Part shown: piece by piece, positions 48,506-61,360 of the stretch | Numbering within the stretch: the first letter of the stretch is position 1 | Layout of the letters: each line of letters opens with the position of its first letter | From: Hypanus sabinus | Lineage: Eukaryota | Length of the DNA stretch: 64,000 bases | Reading direction: 5' to 3' | Assembly: GCF_030144855.1 (NCBI RefSeq) | Contig: NC_082718.1 | Span: 108,004,001-108,068,000 of the forward strand | Made by a program: the position numbers and the translations under genes | Notes under the pieces: model-generated | The model's input: only the letters and a program-made list of their open reading frames with translations | Database searches by the model: none | What the model was told of the DNA's origin: nothing

Positions 48506-51471
48506 AGCAGAGCCACCGTTGACCAGGGGTGTATGGGATGTCCACCTCTGGTGGTGGGCTTGTCGTGCTCTGCCCAGGGACAGATCATCCACTTTTGGTC
48601 CCCACCCACCACCCAGCTCTCACCTGCAGTTCCAAGTAACTGTCGGCATGTGACAGTGGCCACACCCCATTGCCTCACTCCGACAGGCCAGCTAAATCAA
48701 GTGAGGGTAGCCAGGAATCTCCAACCCCAGTGAGACAGGGATATGCCTGGCCAGTTCTGATGGACTGGGCAGATGAAATCAGCTACAGGATCCAACCACC
48801 AGGAAGGCGGTGCTGCAGGGCTTCATGGAGAGTGAAGGGCATGAATGACAAGGCACCCAAGCTATCATGGCCTTCCACTGCAGCCGAGGAAGTGGCCAGA
48901 CATGATGATTTTTTGAACCAGTGCACCAACGTTTTTGAGGCCGAGAGAGTGGAACTGCCCCAGTGCAATGGCTTTTTCACCTGAAACCTCCTCCCATACC
49001 AGTTACATCATCAGCGGAAGCAACGGGCAGGTAACACTGTTGACCAGGAAAAGCATCATATGGAGGTACATTCTCCTGACAGATGCAGTTTGACACACTG
49101 GGTACCTCCAGCTAGATCTCCCAGACCTGATACAAATATCTGCTAAAAATCCAATAATGAAGAGCGTTAACCAAAATTCTAAAGAAAATCTGCAAGCTTA
49201 TTGGATTAAGTATTTTCAGTGTTTGTGAGCATGCACCTGCATGTGCTCCTGTGAGTCAATGGGCTTGTCAGTACTGAATATGTGTGAGTGAGTTGGTGTG
49301 TGGGTACGTGTGTTGAAGAAAGCATGTTAAAGCATGCATACCGTATGTGTGAATACAGGCAGGTATGTGTGTGTGCGGAGGCAGTCGTATTAGAGCGCGT
49401 GTGTGTGTGTGAATAAAGCTGTGAACTGGGAGTGTTAATGGGAATACTTGTGCATTTGTGAATGTAAGATTGGTTGGTGGGTTGCTTTTATAAATGGGAT
49501 GGATGAAGTAAGCCCTCATTGGGAGTGACTGAGTTGACTAGGTGTCCTTGGGGGGGGGGGGGCTCTGTGTGTGTGTGTGTGTGTGTTCATTTTTAATTCG
49601 AAGTATTGGTACAATCAGATATAATCAGTGCCATTTGATAGAAACAGCCCAGGTTTAATTTTTGTTGGTATCTGCAGGTATGAAAATTGGATGGTTTCTA
49701 TACTGACAGAGAGTGACTACTTTGCACCAGAAGGCAGGGTGGAGAATGCATTCCAGGGAATCACATTTAGGTGATATTGTGCTTCAGCATTCCTGACGTT
49801 GTTGGATCTGTGTTTGTGTTTTATGCATTGTATTTGAACTGCAACTGTATGGTTTGTGAATACATCCAGATCAGCACAGAGTTTGTGAATACTCCCGTGT
49901 GTCTGCTAACCTCACGAATAGTTTCAGTATGTTTTTGTGTGGAGAAGTGTGAGGTGGGACGGGTGTGTACTCCCGAGTGTGAGGGAAGGCTGCGCTTCTC
50001 AGCTCTCCCACTCTCTCTCTCTGTGCAAGCTCATTTTGACCTGTAAATGGGAGAGCTAACGATTGCGAGAGTGTTGATTCTGTGAGCAGGGGTGTTGGGA
50101 TTTAAGTGATGGTTTATGTGAGGGCGAGTTTTTCAAAAGGGCTACTTTCGTGTGAGTGAGAACCAAAAGGGACTTTAAAAGTGTGGGAACGTGTCTGGGG
50201 AATCCAAGCGTTTGTTTTCTGGATGATTTAGTTCCCGAAAGCAATGATGCTTTCTGCAGGAATTCACAGGGTGACTGTGCAGAGTGGGAGTGTGTGTTTA
50301 ACGGGGTGGTGTGCAGTTTGATCAGTATTAAGGAGCTAGGGGTTGGGGTTGGGGGGGGGGGGCAGATGCCTTTGTAACCTGAATGTATGGACCTGTGTTT
50401 GTAGTTTACAGGGTAGGTCTCTGGCGCCTCTCAGCCTGGGAACTCCAGGCATTCTCAACTTGTTCACGGAGCGAAACATCTGCTCAGTTCCAGGGCACTG
50501 ACCCCGGGGTGAAAGGTCGGGGCCTCTAATAGTTAACTTCCCTCTTTTGCACAAATAGAGAAGCCGTGGCAGTGCACATGATGAGAAAAGAAGCAAGGAG
50601 TTCAAACGGCCCTTAAATAGCACCATCGCGCCTCATCGGCTTCCCGCATCAAGGGCTCTGCATGCCTGCACTTACAGAGGCTGTCACACAATGTGACCGC
50701 TCCATACATTCATCTTGTCTTTTAACAAACAGCCTTGAAACGCGGATTAGTCACTGGAAGAAGTGCACAATATTTGCTGTGCATTTTTTTCCTTTCCCTC
50801 TCTCTCCCCCGAAAACCTGGGCTATTGGGTTTCTAAATCGCTTTGCTTATAAACAGATGTGATATTAATTGGGAGAACTCATTTCATCCTGGGAAGTGTT
50901 TATCTTTGTGTCAGCCGGTGAAAAGGGCAGTCTCCGAGACATTGATGTGGTCAAACTGTTCGGCTGTGTGTGGGAGGTGGTCTTAATTGTCCAGCTATCA
51001 GGGGCAGGATCACTGCCGATGTGGAATGCAGAGACAGCAGGTTTTACAGATAACAGACAGAAGTTGACTAAAGACTTACCCGAGAGTCGGTGTGACAGCC
51101 TGACCTGCTGTATCACAGGCTTCAAAGTGTCCAGTAGGTCGTCACTCTGATCCCCAGCTTTTGAATGAACTAAGATCTAATTCAATGAATCTGCTTTGAC
51201 AGGGAGTGCTGAAATTCTCCCATCAGCACCATCCCCCTTCAAAGGGATGTCCCTTCAACTGGAAACATGTGTGGGATATCTTTTACCCATTTTTCTTTAA
51301 ACTAAATGGAAAGCATCTGAGTGTGAATTGTGTGAAAATGTGTCACCAGATCACAGCTTGTGGCAAAAATCAGTGCACTGCCCTTTTGACCATTACAAAA
51401 GGAAATATATTCAGACATATTTTCACCCCTCGTCAGTAAATCCTCAAAAACCAGGCTCTCACTAACAAGTT

Positions 51472-51790
51472 CCCTCTCTCCTAGACCCAAACTCCTCTCT
51501 CCTAGACCCAAACTCCTCTCTCCTGGACCCAAACTCCTCTCTCCTAGACCCAAACTCCTCTCTTCTAGACCCACTCCTCTCTCCTAGACCCACTCCTCTC
51601 TCCTAGACCCAAACTCCTCTCTCCTAGACCCAAACTCCTCTCTCCTAGACCCAAACTCCTCTCTCCTAGACCCAAACTCCTCTCTCCTAGACCCAAACTC
51701 CTCTCTCCTAGACCCAAACTCCTCTATAATGGACCCAAACTCCTCTCTCCTAGACCCAAACTCCTCTCTACCAGACCCAAACTCCTTTAT
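51472..51790. repeat. 21-bp minisatellite (ctagacccaaactcctctctc)n, about 15 copies
   Basis: Directly visible tandem period of 21; explains the EEFGSRR and LGERSLG ORFs. Confidence 0.97.
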
Positions 51791-51889
51791 TCTTAATACC
51801 AGACACCCTCTCCCAGTCCCTCTCACTAACACATTCTCTCTCTACTAGACACAAACTCCTTCCATTCTTAATGGACCTCTTCTAGTACT

Positions 51890-52130
51890 GGACCTCTTGG
51901 ACCCTCTCACTACCAGGCACTCTCCACCAGTCCCTCTCACTACCAGACACCCTCAACTAGTCCCTCTCATTACCAGACACCCTCGACCAATCCCTCTCAC
52001 TACCAGACACCCTCAACTAGTCCCTCTCACTATGAGATACCCTCAACCATATCCTCTCACTATCATACAGCCTCGACCAGTCCCTGTCACTACCAGACAG
52101 CCTCGCAGTCCTTCTCATGACCAGACATGC
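51890..52130. repeat. 30-bp minisatellite (tccctctcactaccagacaccctcaactag-like), about 8 degenerate copies
   Basis: Period of 30 visible in lines 51901-52110. Confidence 0.9.
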
Positions 52131-52409
52131 TAAAGCAGGCTGTCTCACTACCATTCCCTCTCAGTACCAGGATCCCTCTGGGATCTGATTTACTCATCTG
52201 CCCTGAGTTAACTGATTTCCTCCGTTACCAGATTCCGTGGTGCCAATCTTTTTTTAGACCAGACCTTCTCTGTTACTTTGTCACTCATCCTCTCCACCAC
52301 TGTGAGTCACATTGAACAGCCCTGGGAGAGGCCCTTTGGCACACAATGTTGTGCCAATCTAACTAAGCCAATGGCATTAATCCCTTCGACCGGCACGTGG
52401 TCCATATCC

Positions 52410-54067
52410 GTAAGATATAGGAGCAGAATTAGGCTATTTGGCCCATCACATCTGCTCCACCATTTCATCATGGCTGATCCAATTTTCCTCTCAGCCTCAA
52501 TCTCCTGTCTTCTCTCTCTATCTTCTCATGCCCTGACCAGTCAAGTATCTATCAACCTCCGCCTTAAACATACATTAAAACTTGGGCTCCATAACTGCCT
52601 GTGGCAAAGAATTCCACAGATTCATGTCTCTCTGTCTATAGAAAGTCCTCTTCATCTCTGTTCTAAAAGGCCCCCCTCTATTCTGAGGCTGTGTCCTCCG
52701 GTCTAAGACTCTCTCTCTGTAGGAAAAATCCTCTCCACTTCCACTCTGTCAAGGCTTTTCACCATGAGAAGGTTTCAATGAGTTCACCCCCCATTCTTCT
52801 GAATTCTCGTGAATACAGGGCCAGAGCTCTTCATATGACAAGCCTTTCAATGCTGGAATAATTTTCATGAATCTCTTTTGAACCCTCTGCAGTTTTAGCA
52901 CACCCTTTTTGAGATAAGGGGCCCAAACTTGTTCACAATACTGCAAGTGAGGCCTCACCAGTGCTTAATAAGGTCCTTGCTTTTACATTCTAGTCCTTTT
53001 GAAATGAATGCTAACATCACATTTGCCTTCCTCACCACAGACTCAACCTGCAAATTATCTAATCCCTTTTGTTGGCTGGAGAGATTGAATTTAAGAGCAA
53101 GGGGTTATGCTGCAGTTGGAGTACTGTGAGCAGTTCTGGTCTCCTTACTTGAGGTAGGATATACTGGCTTTGGAGGAAGTGCAGAGGAGGTTCACCAGAT
53201 TGATTCCAGAGATGAGGGGGTTAGTCTATGAGGAGAGATTGAGTCACCTGGGTACTGTACTCATTGGAATTCAGAAGAATGAGAGGAGATTTTATAGAAA
53301 CGTATAAGATTATGAAAGGGATAGATAAGATAAAGTCTGGAATGTTCTTTCCACTAGTAGGTGAGACTAGAATTAGGGGACATAGCCTCAAGATTTGGTG
53401 GAGTAAATTTGGGATGAAGATGAGGAGGAACTGCTTTTCCCAGAGAGTGGCAGATCTGTGGAATTCTCTGCCCAATGAATTTACCTCAGTAAATATATTT
53501 AAGACAAGGTTGGATAGAATTTTGCATAGTAGGGGACCCTGAGACCTTATCCTTAATAATTGACTCCAACATCTTCCCAGTCATTGAAGTCAGACTAACT
53601 GCTTTATAGTTTCCTTTCTTCTGCCTCTCTCCCTTTTTGAAGAGTGGAGTGACATTTGCAATTTTCCAGTCTTCCAGAACCATTCCAGAATCCGGTGATT
53701 CTTGAAAGATCAATTCTAATGACTCCAAATCATTACTGATGCCTCTGTTCTCTCCATATTCATGTGCCTATCTAAGAGCCTCTTAAGTACCTCCAACTCC
53801 CACCACCACCCTAGGCAGCACATTCCAGGGACCCAGCCCTCTTTGTGTAAAAATTGCTTGATCCGCACATCTCCTTTGAACTTACCCTCTCTGACCATAA
53901 ATACATGCCTCTAGTATTAATCATTTCAGCTCTAGGGAAAAAAAGATACCAGCTGTCCACTCTATCTCTGCCTCTCATATTGTTATGAACTTTTACCAGG
54001 ATTCCCCTCAGCCTCCGACTCTCCAGGGAAAGGTTTTCCAGCCTCTCCTTATTGCACCTGCCCTATG
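52410..54067. mobile_element. Cluster of CR1 fragments in alternating orientation (- 52410-53058, + 53060-53535, - 53536-53735, - 53740-54067)
   Basis: RPHLQYCEQVWAP (-), RRMRGDFIETYKI (+), IFQES..SG...DWKIANVTPLFKKG (-). Confidence 0.85.
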
Positions 54068-54075
54068 ATCTAGGC

Positions 54076-55643
54076 CAGGGGTCAGCAACCTTTACCACTG
54101 AAAGAGCCACTTGGACCCGTTTCCCACAGAAAAGAAAACACTGGGAGCCGCAAAACCCGTTTGACATTTAAAATGAAATAACACTGCATACAACGTTTTT
54201 TTTTGCCTTTATGCTATGTATAAACAAACTATAATGTGTTGCATTTATGAAATTGATGAACTCCTGCAGAGAAAACGAAATTACATTTCTGCATGCAACA
54301 AAAACATTTTGAACTCCGAAAAAAAGACGTTGGGTTGAAAGTTACTTTTAAGTAAAATATTCAATGTCTATTTGAGTCCTTCTTGTATTTATGAAAAACG
54401 CCGAACTTAAATTTTCCGCCAGCAGCAAACCAAAAATAACGTCAGCCAGCTGTCATCCTGAAAAATGAAAGGACTATTTCACTGAACTATGAAAAAATAT
54501 GAATATAAGTAAAATAATAGGCAATTAAAATATTTATCATACTTGGTTAATGGGATTTCTGCTCCTGGACCTCAGCGCACAGCGTCTGCACATCAGGGCT
54601 GTATGATGTCACCTTCATCTTTACACAGGATCGCAAGCTGTCATCTGTGAGGTTTTCAATATCACTCCATTTGTGTTTCTGAGCAAGAACGGCCTTCTGA
54701 CGGGCAACATCTTCAAGGTCTGCTGTCAAGCGTCTAAACTTGGACACCCATATGTCTTTGTCGGCTATGTCGGCCAGTTCCATCTCAAGATCAGGTTGAC
54801 TCACACCTGCCAATGCAGTCGTATTCAGTAGGGAAGGATCGATGCTTAAGGGAGTGACCGGGAAGGATAATGTGTTTTTTTCCTCTCTGAACTCACAGAA
54901 GCGTTTCCCAAACGATGTTTGCATTGCGATGATTGCAGAATGTAAGTACTCCGAAATTATCATGTCGTGACCTTGTTTGAACTCTCTCAAATTGGGGAAG
55001 TGAGACAAACTGCCTTTCTGTAAATCTCTGGCAAGCACTGTCAACTTGCGCTCGAATGCCAAAACATCCTCCAACATGTGCAGGGCTGTACGTCCTTTCC
55101 CCTGAAGAGCTGTGTTCAGCGTGTTCAGGTGCGCTGTCATGTCTACCATGAAGTGTAGCTTTTCCAGCCACTCTGGCTGTTCCAGCTCAGGAAAGGTGAG
55201 CCCTTTGCTGCCCAGGAAAGTTTTCACTTCTTCCAGACACGCGACAAAGCGTTTCAGCACCTTCCGTCTGGACAGCCAGCGATAAAAACACGTTGTAGCG
55301 GTGTCAGTAAACTGCAGTCAAAGATAGCTTTATTCGAACTAAACAGCCTTGCTTTTAAGCCTCCCTCAACCCAGCCCCCATGGACGCAGATGCTGCAAAA
55401 GACGCGTACTCACAAACCCCCGTAGGCTATCTCCCTTAGCCGGAATGCCGGCTAATTGTGAGCCGTTTCGGATGTGGCAGGAAATGTACAAGATCACCAT
55501 AATTACATTTCAAAAGCTAACAAACTAACATAAAATACATTTTAATTAAATACTGACCAATTATTTCCCAAAGCCACAGGGAGCCGCAGCACAGAGGTGA
55601 AAGAGCCACAAATGGCTCGGGAGCCGCAGGTTGCCGACCCCCG
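54076..55643 (-). mobile_element. Buster-family hAT DNA transposon (GTF2IRD2/SPIN-like transposase), internally deleted
   Basis: TIRs caggggtcagcaacc / ggttgccgacccccg; perfect 8-bp TSD atctaggc (54068-54075, 55644-55651) with central TA; transposase remnant RWLS..VLKRF...W..KL.F.VD...HLN.LN..LQG at about 54547-55281. Confidence 0.93.
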
Positions 55644-58600
55644 ATCTAGGCAGTTCAACTTCTCTCGTACCAACCGCTCCCCCCCCCCCCAACTCCTTTA
55701 CAGCTAGACCTTCTCCACTATCAGGTCCCCTCAATTGGAGTCTCTCTGAAACCAGTTTCTCCCAATTCTGGTTTCTTCTGTTAAAATGGCCCCTCCATTA
55801 TCCAGCCCCGTTAAGCTCGAGACTCACCCTCCCCCCACCTTGCAGTTTAATAAAGACTGCCCGGCCATCTTCAGAGGTGAGTCTGGATAGTATCATTAGG
55901 CGAATGAAATCCCTTGCCCTCTCGACCTCCACCTTTGTAACAACAGTAATTAAATGGCATTTAGGAGCAGGAATCCCAGCTGATTTTTTCCCTCCCTCTC
56001 TTTCTGATGCAAGGGCATCAAGTTGAATTTAATGTTCCTTTTTCCTCCCAAGTTAGATCGATCTCCTTCTTAAATATAATCTATGAATTGAGTGTTTGTA
56101 CACTGGGAGATCATTCCCTCTAGATGAAAAAAGCATACCTAATACTCGTTCTGAACAGCGTTTCGTTAATCACTGGGAGTTTTGATTTAGGGTACCCTGT
56201 GAGCACAGGGTTAGATGGAGAGCAGGCTCTTGCCAGTGCCTGGCCATTTTAATCCTCTTAACTACTTCCAGGCTTCTTCTCTCTGCCTTTACAGCAAGCT
56301 CTGTGTTATTTTTCACTTTATATATCCTTTTTTCATTGGGATGCTGTTCGTTCACACTTCCTGCCTAGGTTTGGATATTCCCAGGTTTTGCAGGGACACA
56401 CTTTCTGTATATTTCATTAATGTTATTGGTCAGTATGGAAAAACATTTGGCAGATTTTTAGTCAGTATACCAGCAACCACCACACAATAAAACCATCACA
56501 GATTCGTAATTTGTGCTCCCAAGTCTCATTCTGACTAACGAAACACCTATCCTGTGGTTTTTCCTCACTAAAAAGAATAAGGTTTGCCACTCACTCAGTT
56601 GTGGATTCATGCAGAGCTCCAGTGTGGTGCGATGTACACTTACGTTGTTCTAAGGTTTCGTGCATACGGAGGACTGCAGCATTCAAAAACCAAGCCTGTG
56701 CATGGACTTACAGAAGCAAACATCCTGCTGTTGCAAAACAACACATTTCAACTCATTTACATCAGAGATTCTGATTCTGATACACACGTGCAAACACAGT
56801 ACATACACACACTCGTACCCGTGTACATGTGCATGTAATGCCTTCCAGAGGTGATTGAGTGACTGATTGGTTGTCCTTTGTATCCACCAATAGCAATTTC
56901 AGAGCAACACACACACACACAAAGCTGGACAAACTCAGCAGGTCAGGCAGAGTCTATGGAGAGGAATAATTGGTCATCGTTTTGGGCCGAGACCCTTCAT
57001 CATGATTGGAGAGGAAGGGAAATGGAGCCCCTTTAAATCTGTGAAAGGATTTCTTCAAAGTTTCATACCAGTGGGGGAGAGTTTTTAAAGTGGAAAAGGC
57101 ATTTCACTGAGGCAGTTCCACTCTCTCAACCTCAGAAGTCTGGGTCCAGTGGTGCGAGGAGTCATCACAACTGGGGTCTTCCTTGGTTGCAGTGGATGGT
57201 CATGACTTCTACTAGCCTGGTCATGCCCATTGCTTTCCACAAAACGTTCCTGGCCATTGATCTCATCCTCCCAGTCCTTCTGGCTTGGAGGACCACCATA
57301 GATACACATAGACAAAATGAAGCACATACTATACAGACAATGAGAGAAATGCATAGATAAATGTACAAACATCGATACATGTAAGTAATAATACACATAC
57401 ACCACAACAAGCATCCCTCTGAATACTGACACACAAATGTGTTCGGGTACACATGCACAAAAGCACTGACAAAATCATAGACTGAAACAGACATTTACAA
57501 ACAGACATAGACAGACAGAACCCAAAGCTCATGGATATATGTGCATTGTCAGATAGACATACTATAGGCACAGACACTCTGAGGAACACACTCACGTACA
57601 TAAAAGGTCAGCACCACATCAAGGGGCTGAAGGGCCTGTTCTGTGTAATAATACTAATGTATGAAAGAAAACACACACACACAGAGTAACATGCCAATCA
57701 AACAAAGGCACACATACATTGACAAGCAGACAAGCAAACATGCACGAGCATGAACATGCAAAGATATGAGTGTATTTACATAACATCTTTGGTATAGGAA
57801 AATATCTCAAAGTTCTTCTCGGAGTAATAATCTGACAAAACATGATATTAAGTCTCATAAAAGTATTTGTGCAGATAACCAAAAGTTTGGTCAAAGAAGG
57901 AGAACAGTAAGTATTAAAGAAGGAGAGCGAGGTTGAGAGCTGGAAGGATTTAGCGCAGGAATGCGAGAGTGGGCTTAGAAAGCTAAGAGAACTACCACCA
58001 ACAGTGAGGCAATTAATTCAGGGATAATGAAGATTTCAGGGTTGGAGGAGCTCAGATATTTTTCTGCTTGTGGCTGTAGGATGCAAAAAAAGGTCATGGA
58101 AGGACCTGAAAGTAAAAAGGAAAGCTTTAAAGGCAGAGGTACAGTTTACATACAGAAAATGTAAGCTTGTATGCATGGGATTGCTGAGTAAACAGGACTA
58201 GACATGAACTGAACACAAGTAGCAGAGGTTTAGAAGACCTCAAATTTATGACAGTTTATGAGCTCGTGGCAGATGTTAGATTGTTACTGCTGGTGAGAAC
58301 CAAGCTGGTCGAGAAAATTCAGAGGAAAATGAAAACAAAATAAGGAAGCAAGTGAGAGAGCAGCAAACAGGGAGTAAACATAAAAAGGAGTTGAAAAATG
58401 TCATGAACAGGTGAAGGGTTGTAAGAAGAGAATTGGGGCTTGTCAGAGACTAAAAAGGAAATTCGTCTACACTACGTAGAAATCTTGAATCATTTTTCAC
58501 CATGGAAAATAATGTTGCTGGAATCACCACAAAGGAAGACCTGATTCCAATTCTGCACGGGCTGTAAAGGAAGAAAATTTCACTTGTTTAAGGTGAATAA

Positions 58601-59669
58601 AATCCTGAAATGTCAGAGGAACTGAGCAAGTCAGGCAGCATCTTTGGAGGGGCACAAGCAGTTAACATTCTAGCCAAGACTGTTGATCAGGACTGGAAAA
58701 GAAAGAGGAAGATGCCAGAATAAGAAAGTGGGGGGAGGGAAAAGCATACAAGCAGGTAGGTGAAAGGTGAGACCTTGTGAGGGTGGGGGAGGGAATGATG
58801 AAGTGAGATTTTGGGAGGTGATAGGTGAAGGTGGAAAAATCAACTGTGAAGAGTTACTATATATGGCAACCAGGATCTGTTGTTGTTTTTTGCTGTGGAA
58901 TACATTATAAAACATAATCTGAGTTGTAGTTTGCACTATGACTGAGAGGTATAGGGTCTTTTGTTCAGTGGAGTGAACTATGGTGCTTTATATACAGGAT
59001 CTGTGTCCTGTGTAATGGATTGGGTTTTTATGCATTATATGCTGAATCTTCTGCTAGTTCTGACTGATAGAGTATTGTACGCACAGTTTCTGTTCTCTGT
59101 GTGATGAAATCTACCATTTAATACATGTGGCTTACTCCCTGCATTGTGCAATGTGTTATTGTTATTATGACCGTGGTCCACTTCTATAGCTGTGGAGTGT
59201 GCCATATTTTATGCAAACTGTGACCTGTTGTATTTCATGCACAGATTCTGTTGAGGGTGTTATTGTATGTTGTATAAAGAGACTGTCGTTCCCTGCATTG
59301 TAGAGTATATTGTTGTATAGTTTGTTCCCAGCATTCACAGCATTATGCAGTGCATTTTTAATATATTGTACACTGGGGCTACTACCTATTGTGTAATGTT
59401 TTCTTTTTTATTATATATAGGTGTGTTAACCTTCCTTGTTCTGTGATGCATTATTGTATGCTAGATGCTGTCTCGATATCTGATGATGCTGTACAAAAAT
59501 ATACAGTTGGTGAATTGTGTTCGGTGCTGTGGATATGTTATTGGATGTTAGAAATGGGAAAGTTACCTGTGCTATAGGGTGATATTTGGTATAGTGTAAT
59601 CAGGGTTTATTCCCATGCTGTTAAATGTGTCAATGTATTTTATTAAACATGTTATTAAACATTCAACAC

Positions 59670-61330
59670 CATTTCAACATTCAAATTCCTGGACACTATT
59701 ATTTCACAGGACCTCGTGTGGGAGAGCCCTACCTCCTTCATTAACAAAAAGGTGGGACTTCTTCAGGAAGTTGTTAAAATTCCATCTTCCCCAGAACATA
59801 CTGGTGCAATTCTACACTGCCATCACATCAGCTATTACTATCTGGTTTGGTACAGCATCCTCTCACAATATGGAAAACTACAGCAAACTGTCAGGACAGC
59901 GGAAAAGGTCACTGGCTGCGGCCTACTATCACTGCAGGACTTGTATGTGTCCAGAACAGAGAAATGGGCACAACCTACCCTGCAAATAGCCTTTTCCAAA
60001 AGCTCCCTCCTGGAAAGTGCTGTAGGGCTATTAAAAGAAAAACTTCATGCTATTTTAAAAGTTTCTTTTCCAAAACAGTTAATCTAATAAACCATTTTAG
60101 TTAGCTGTCCCCAAAACCCCTCTATCTATTAACCCCTGTCACTGCATTGCGCTGTAAACCGTATAAATTACATTTTATAGTGCTGATTATATTGCAATAG
60201 ATGCTGGTGTTTACGCATCTGTGCATATTTTATCCTTATCTATACTTTAATCTCCATACTTATTTTATATAATTTTTAATTGTTAGAACCTGTCTCAATG
60301 ACAACCATCCAGTAGCACTTACATCCGTGATGAAGCTCTTTGAGAGGTTGGTGATGAAACACATCAGCTCCTGCCCGAGCGGTGACTTGGATCAACACCA
60401 ATTTGCCTGCTGTCACAACTGGTCCACAGCAGATGCCATTTCACCCTGGGACATCTGGACACTGAAGATGCATACATCAGGATGCTCTTCATTGACAGCA
60501 GCTTGGCATTCCATGTTATCATCCCCTCAAAACAGGTCAATAAACTTAAAGACCTAAGTCTCAATACCTCCTCGTGTAACTGGATCCTTGACTTCCTCCC
60601 TCTGGGTTGGCAAGCACATCTCCTCCACAATCTTATGGACTACAGGAGGGGGAGACTGGAGGTACTTGAGCCAGGGCTCATCAGGGGATCATTTCAGATG
60701 ATTTGTCCTGGGTCCTACACTTAAGTGCCATTACAAAAAAGAAAGCACAACAGTGCCTCTACTTTCTTTAAAGCTTGAGAAGATTTGGCATGTCATATAA
60801 CATTTTGAAAAATGTCTATAGGTGTGTGGTAGGGAGTAAATTGACTGGTTGTATCACAATATATCAATATCAATATAGGAAACAGCAATATCATTGAGTG
60901 GAAAAGCCTACAAGAAGTAATGGATATGGCCCTGTCCATTACGAGTAAAGCCTTCCCCACCATTTAGAACATCTACGTGGAGTATTGTCATGGGAAAACA
61001 GCATCCATCATCAGGGACACCCACTATCCAGGCCATGCTGTCTTCTCACTGCTGTCATCAGGAGCCTCAAAACACATATTGCCAAATTCAGGAACAGTTA
61101 TTACCCCTCAGCCATCAGGCTCTCGAACCAGAGGGGATAACTTCACTCAACTTCATTCGCCCTTCACTGAACCGTTCCCACAACCTATGAAGTCACTTTC
61201 AAGAACCGTTAATTTTCTAAATATTTATTGCTTATTTATTATTATTACTTTCTCTTTTTGTGTTTGCAGTTTATTGTCTTTTGCACATTGTTGTTTGTCT
61301 GTTGGATTGTTTTTTCACTGATTGTGTTGT
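59670..61330 (+). mobile_element. Two or more decayed Rex1/L2-like LINE fragments
   Basis: [52 protein letters not shown] motifs. Confidence 0.8.
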
Positions 61331-61360
61331 GTTTCTTTGTACATACAAACAACAATGGTC

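Noticed and set aside
49678-49770. Possible 93-nt plus-strand exon (YENWMVSILTESDYFAPEGRVENAFQGITF)
   Set aside because: Weak donor (AG|gtgata), no recognisable homology and no partner exons; an open frame of this length is common by chance
51302-52133. ORFs with EEFGSRR, LGERSLG and PLTTRHP repeats
   Set aside because: Translations of the 21-bp and 30-bp minisatellites
54547-55260. 237-aa ORF as a domesticated GTF2IRD2/EPM2AIP1-like host gene
   Set aside because: It lies between intact TIRs and a TSD and lacks the N-terminus and catalytic segment, so it is a transposon remnant
42100-61300. Expected syntenic neighbours of PRKAB1 (TMEM233, CCDC60)
   Set aside because: No exon of either gene could be recognised by eye; tBLASTn is needed
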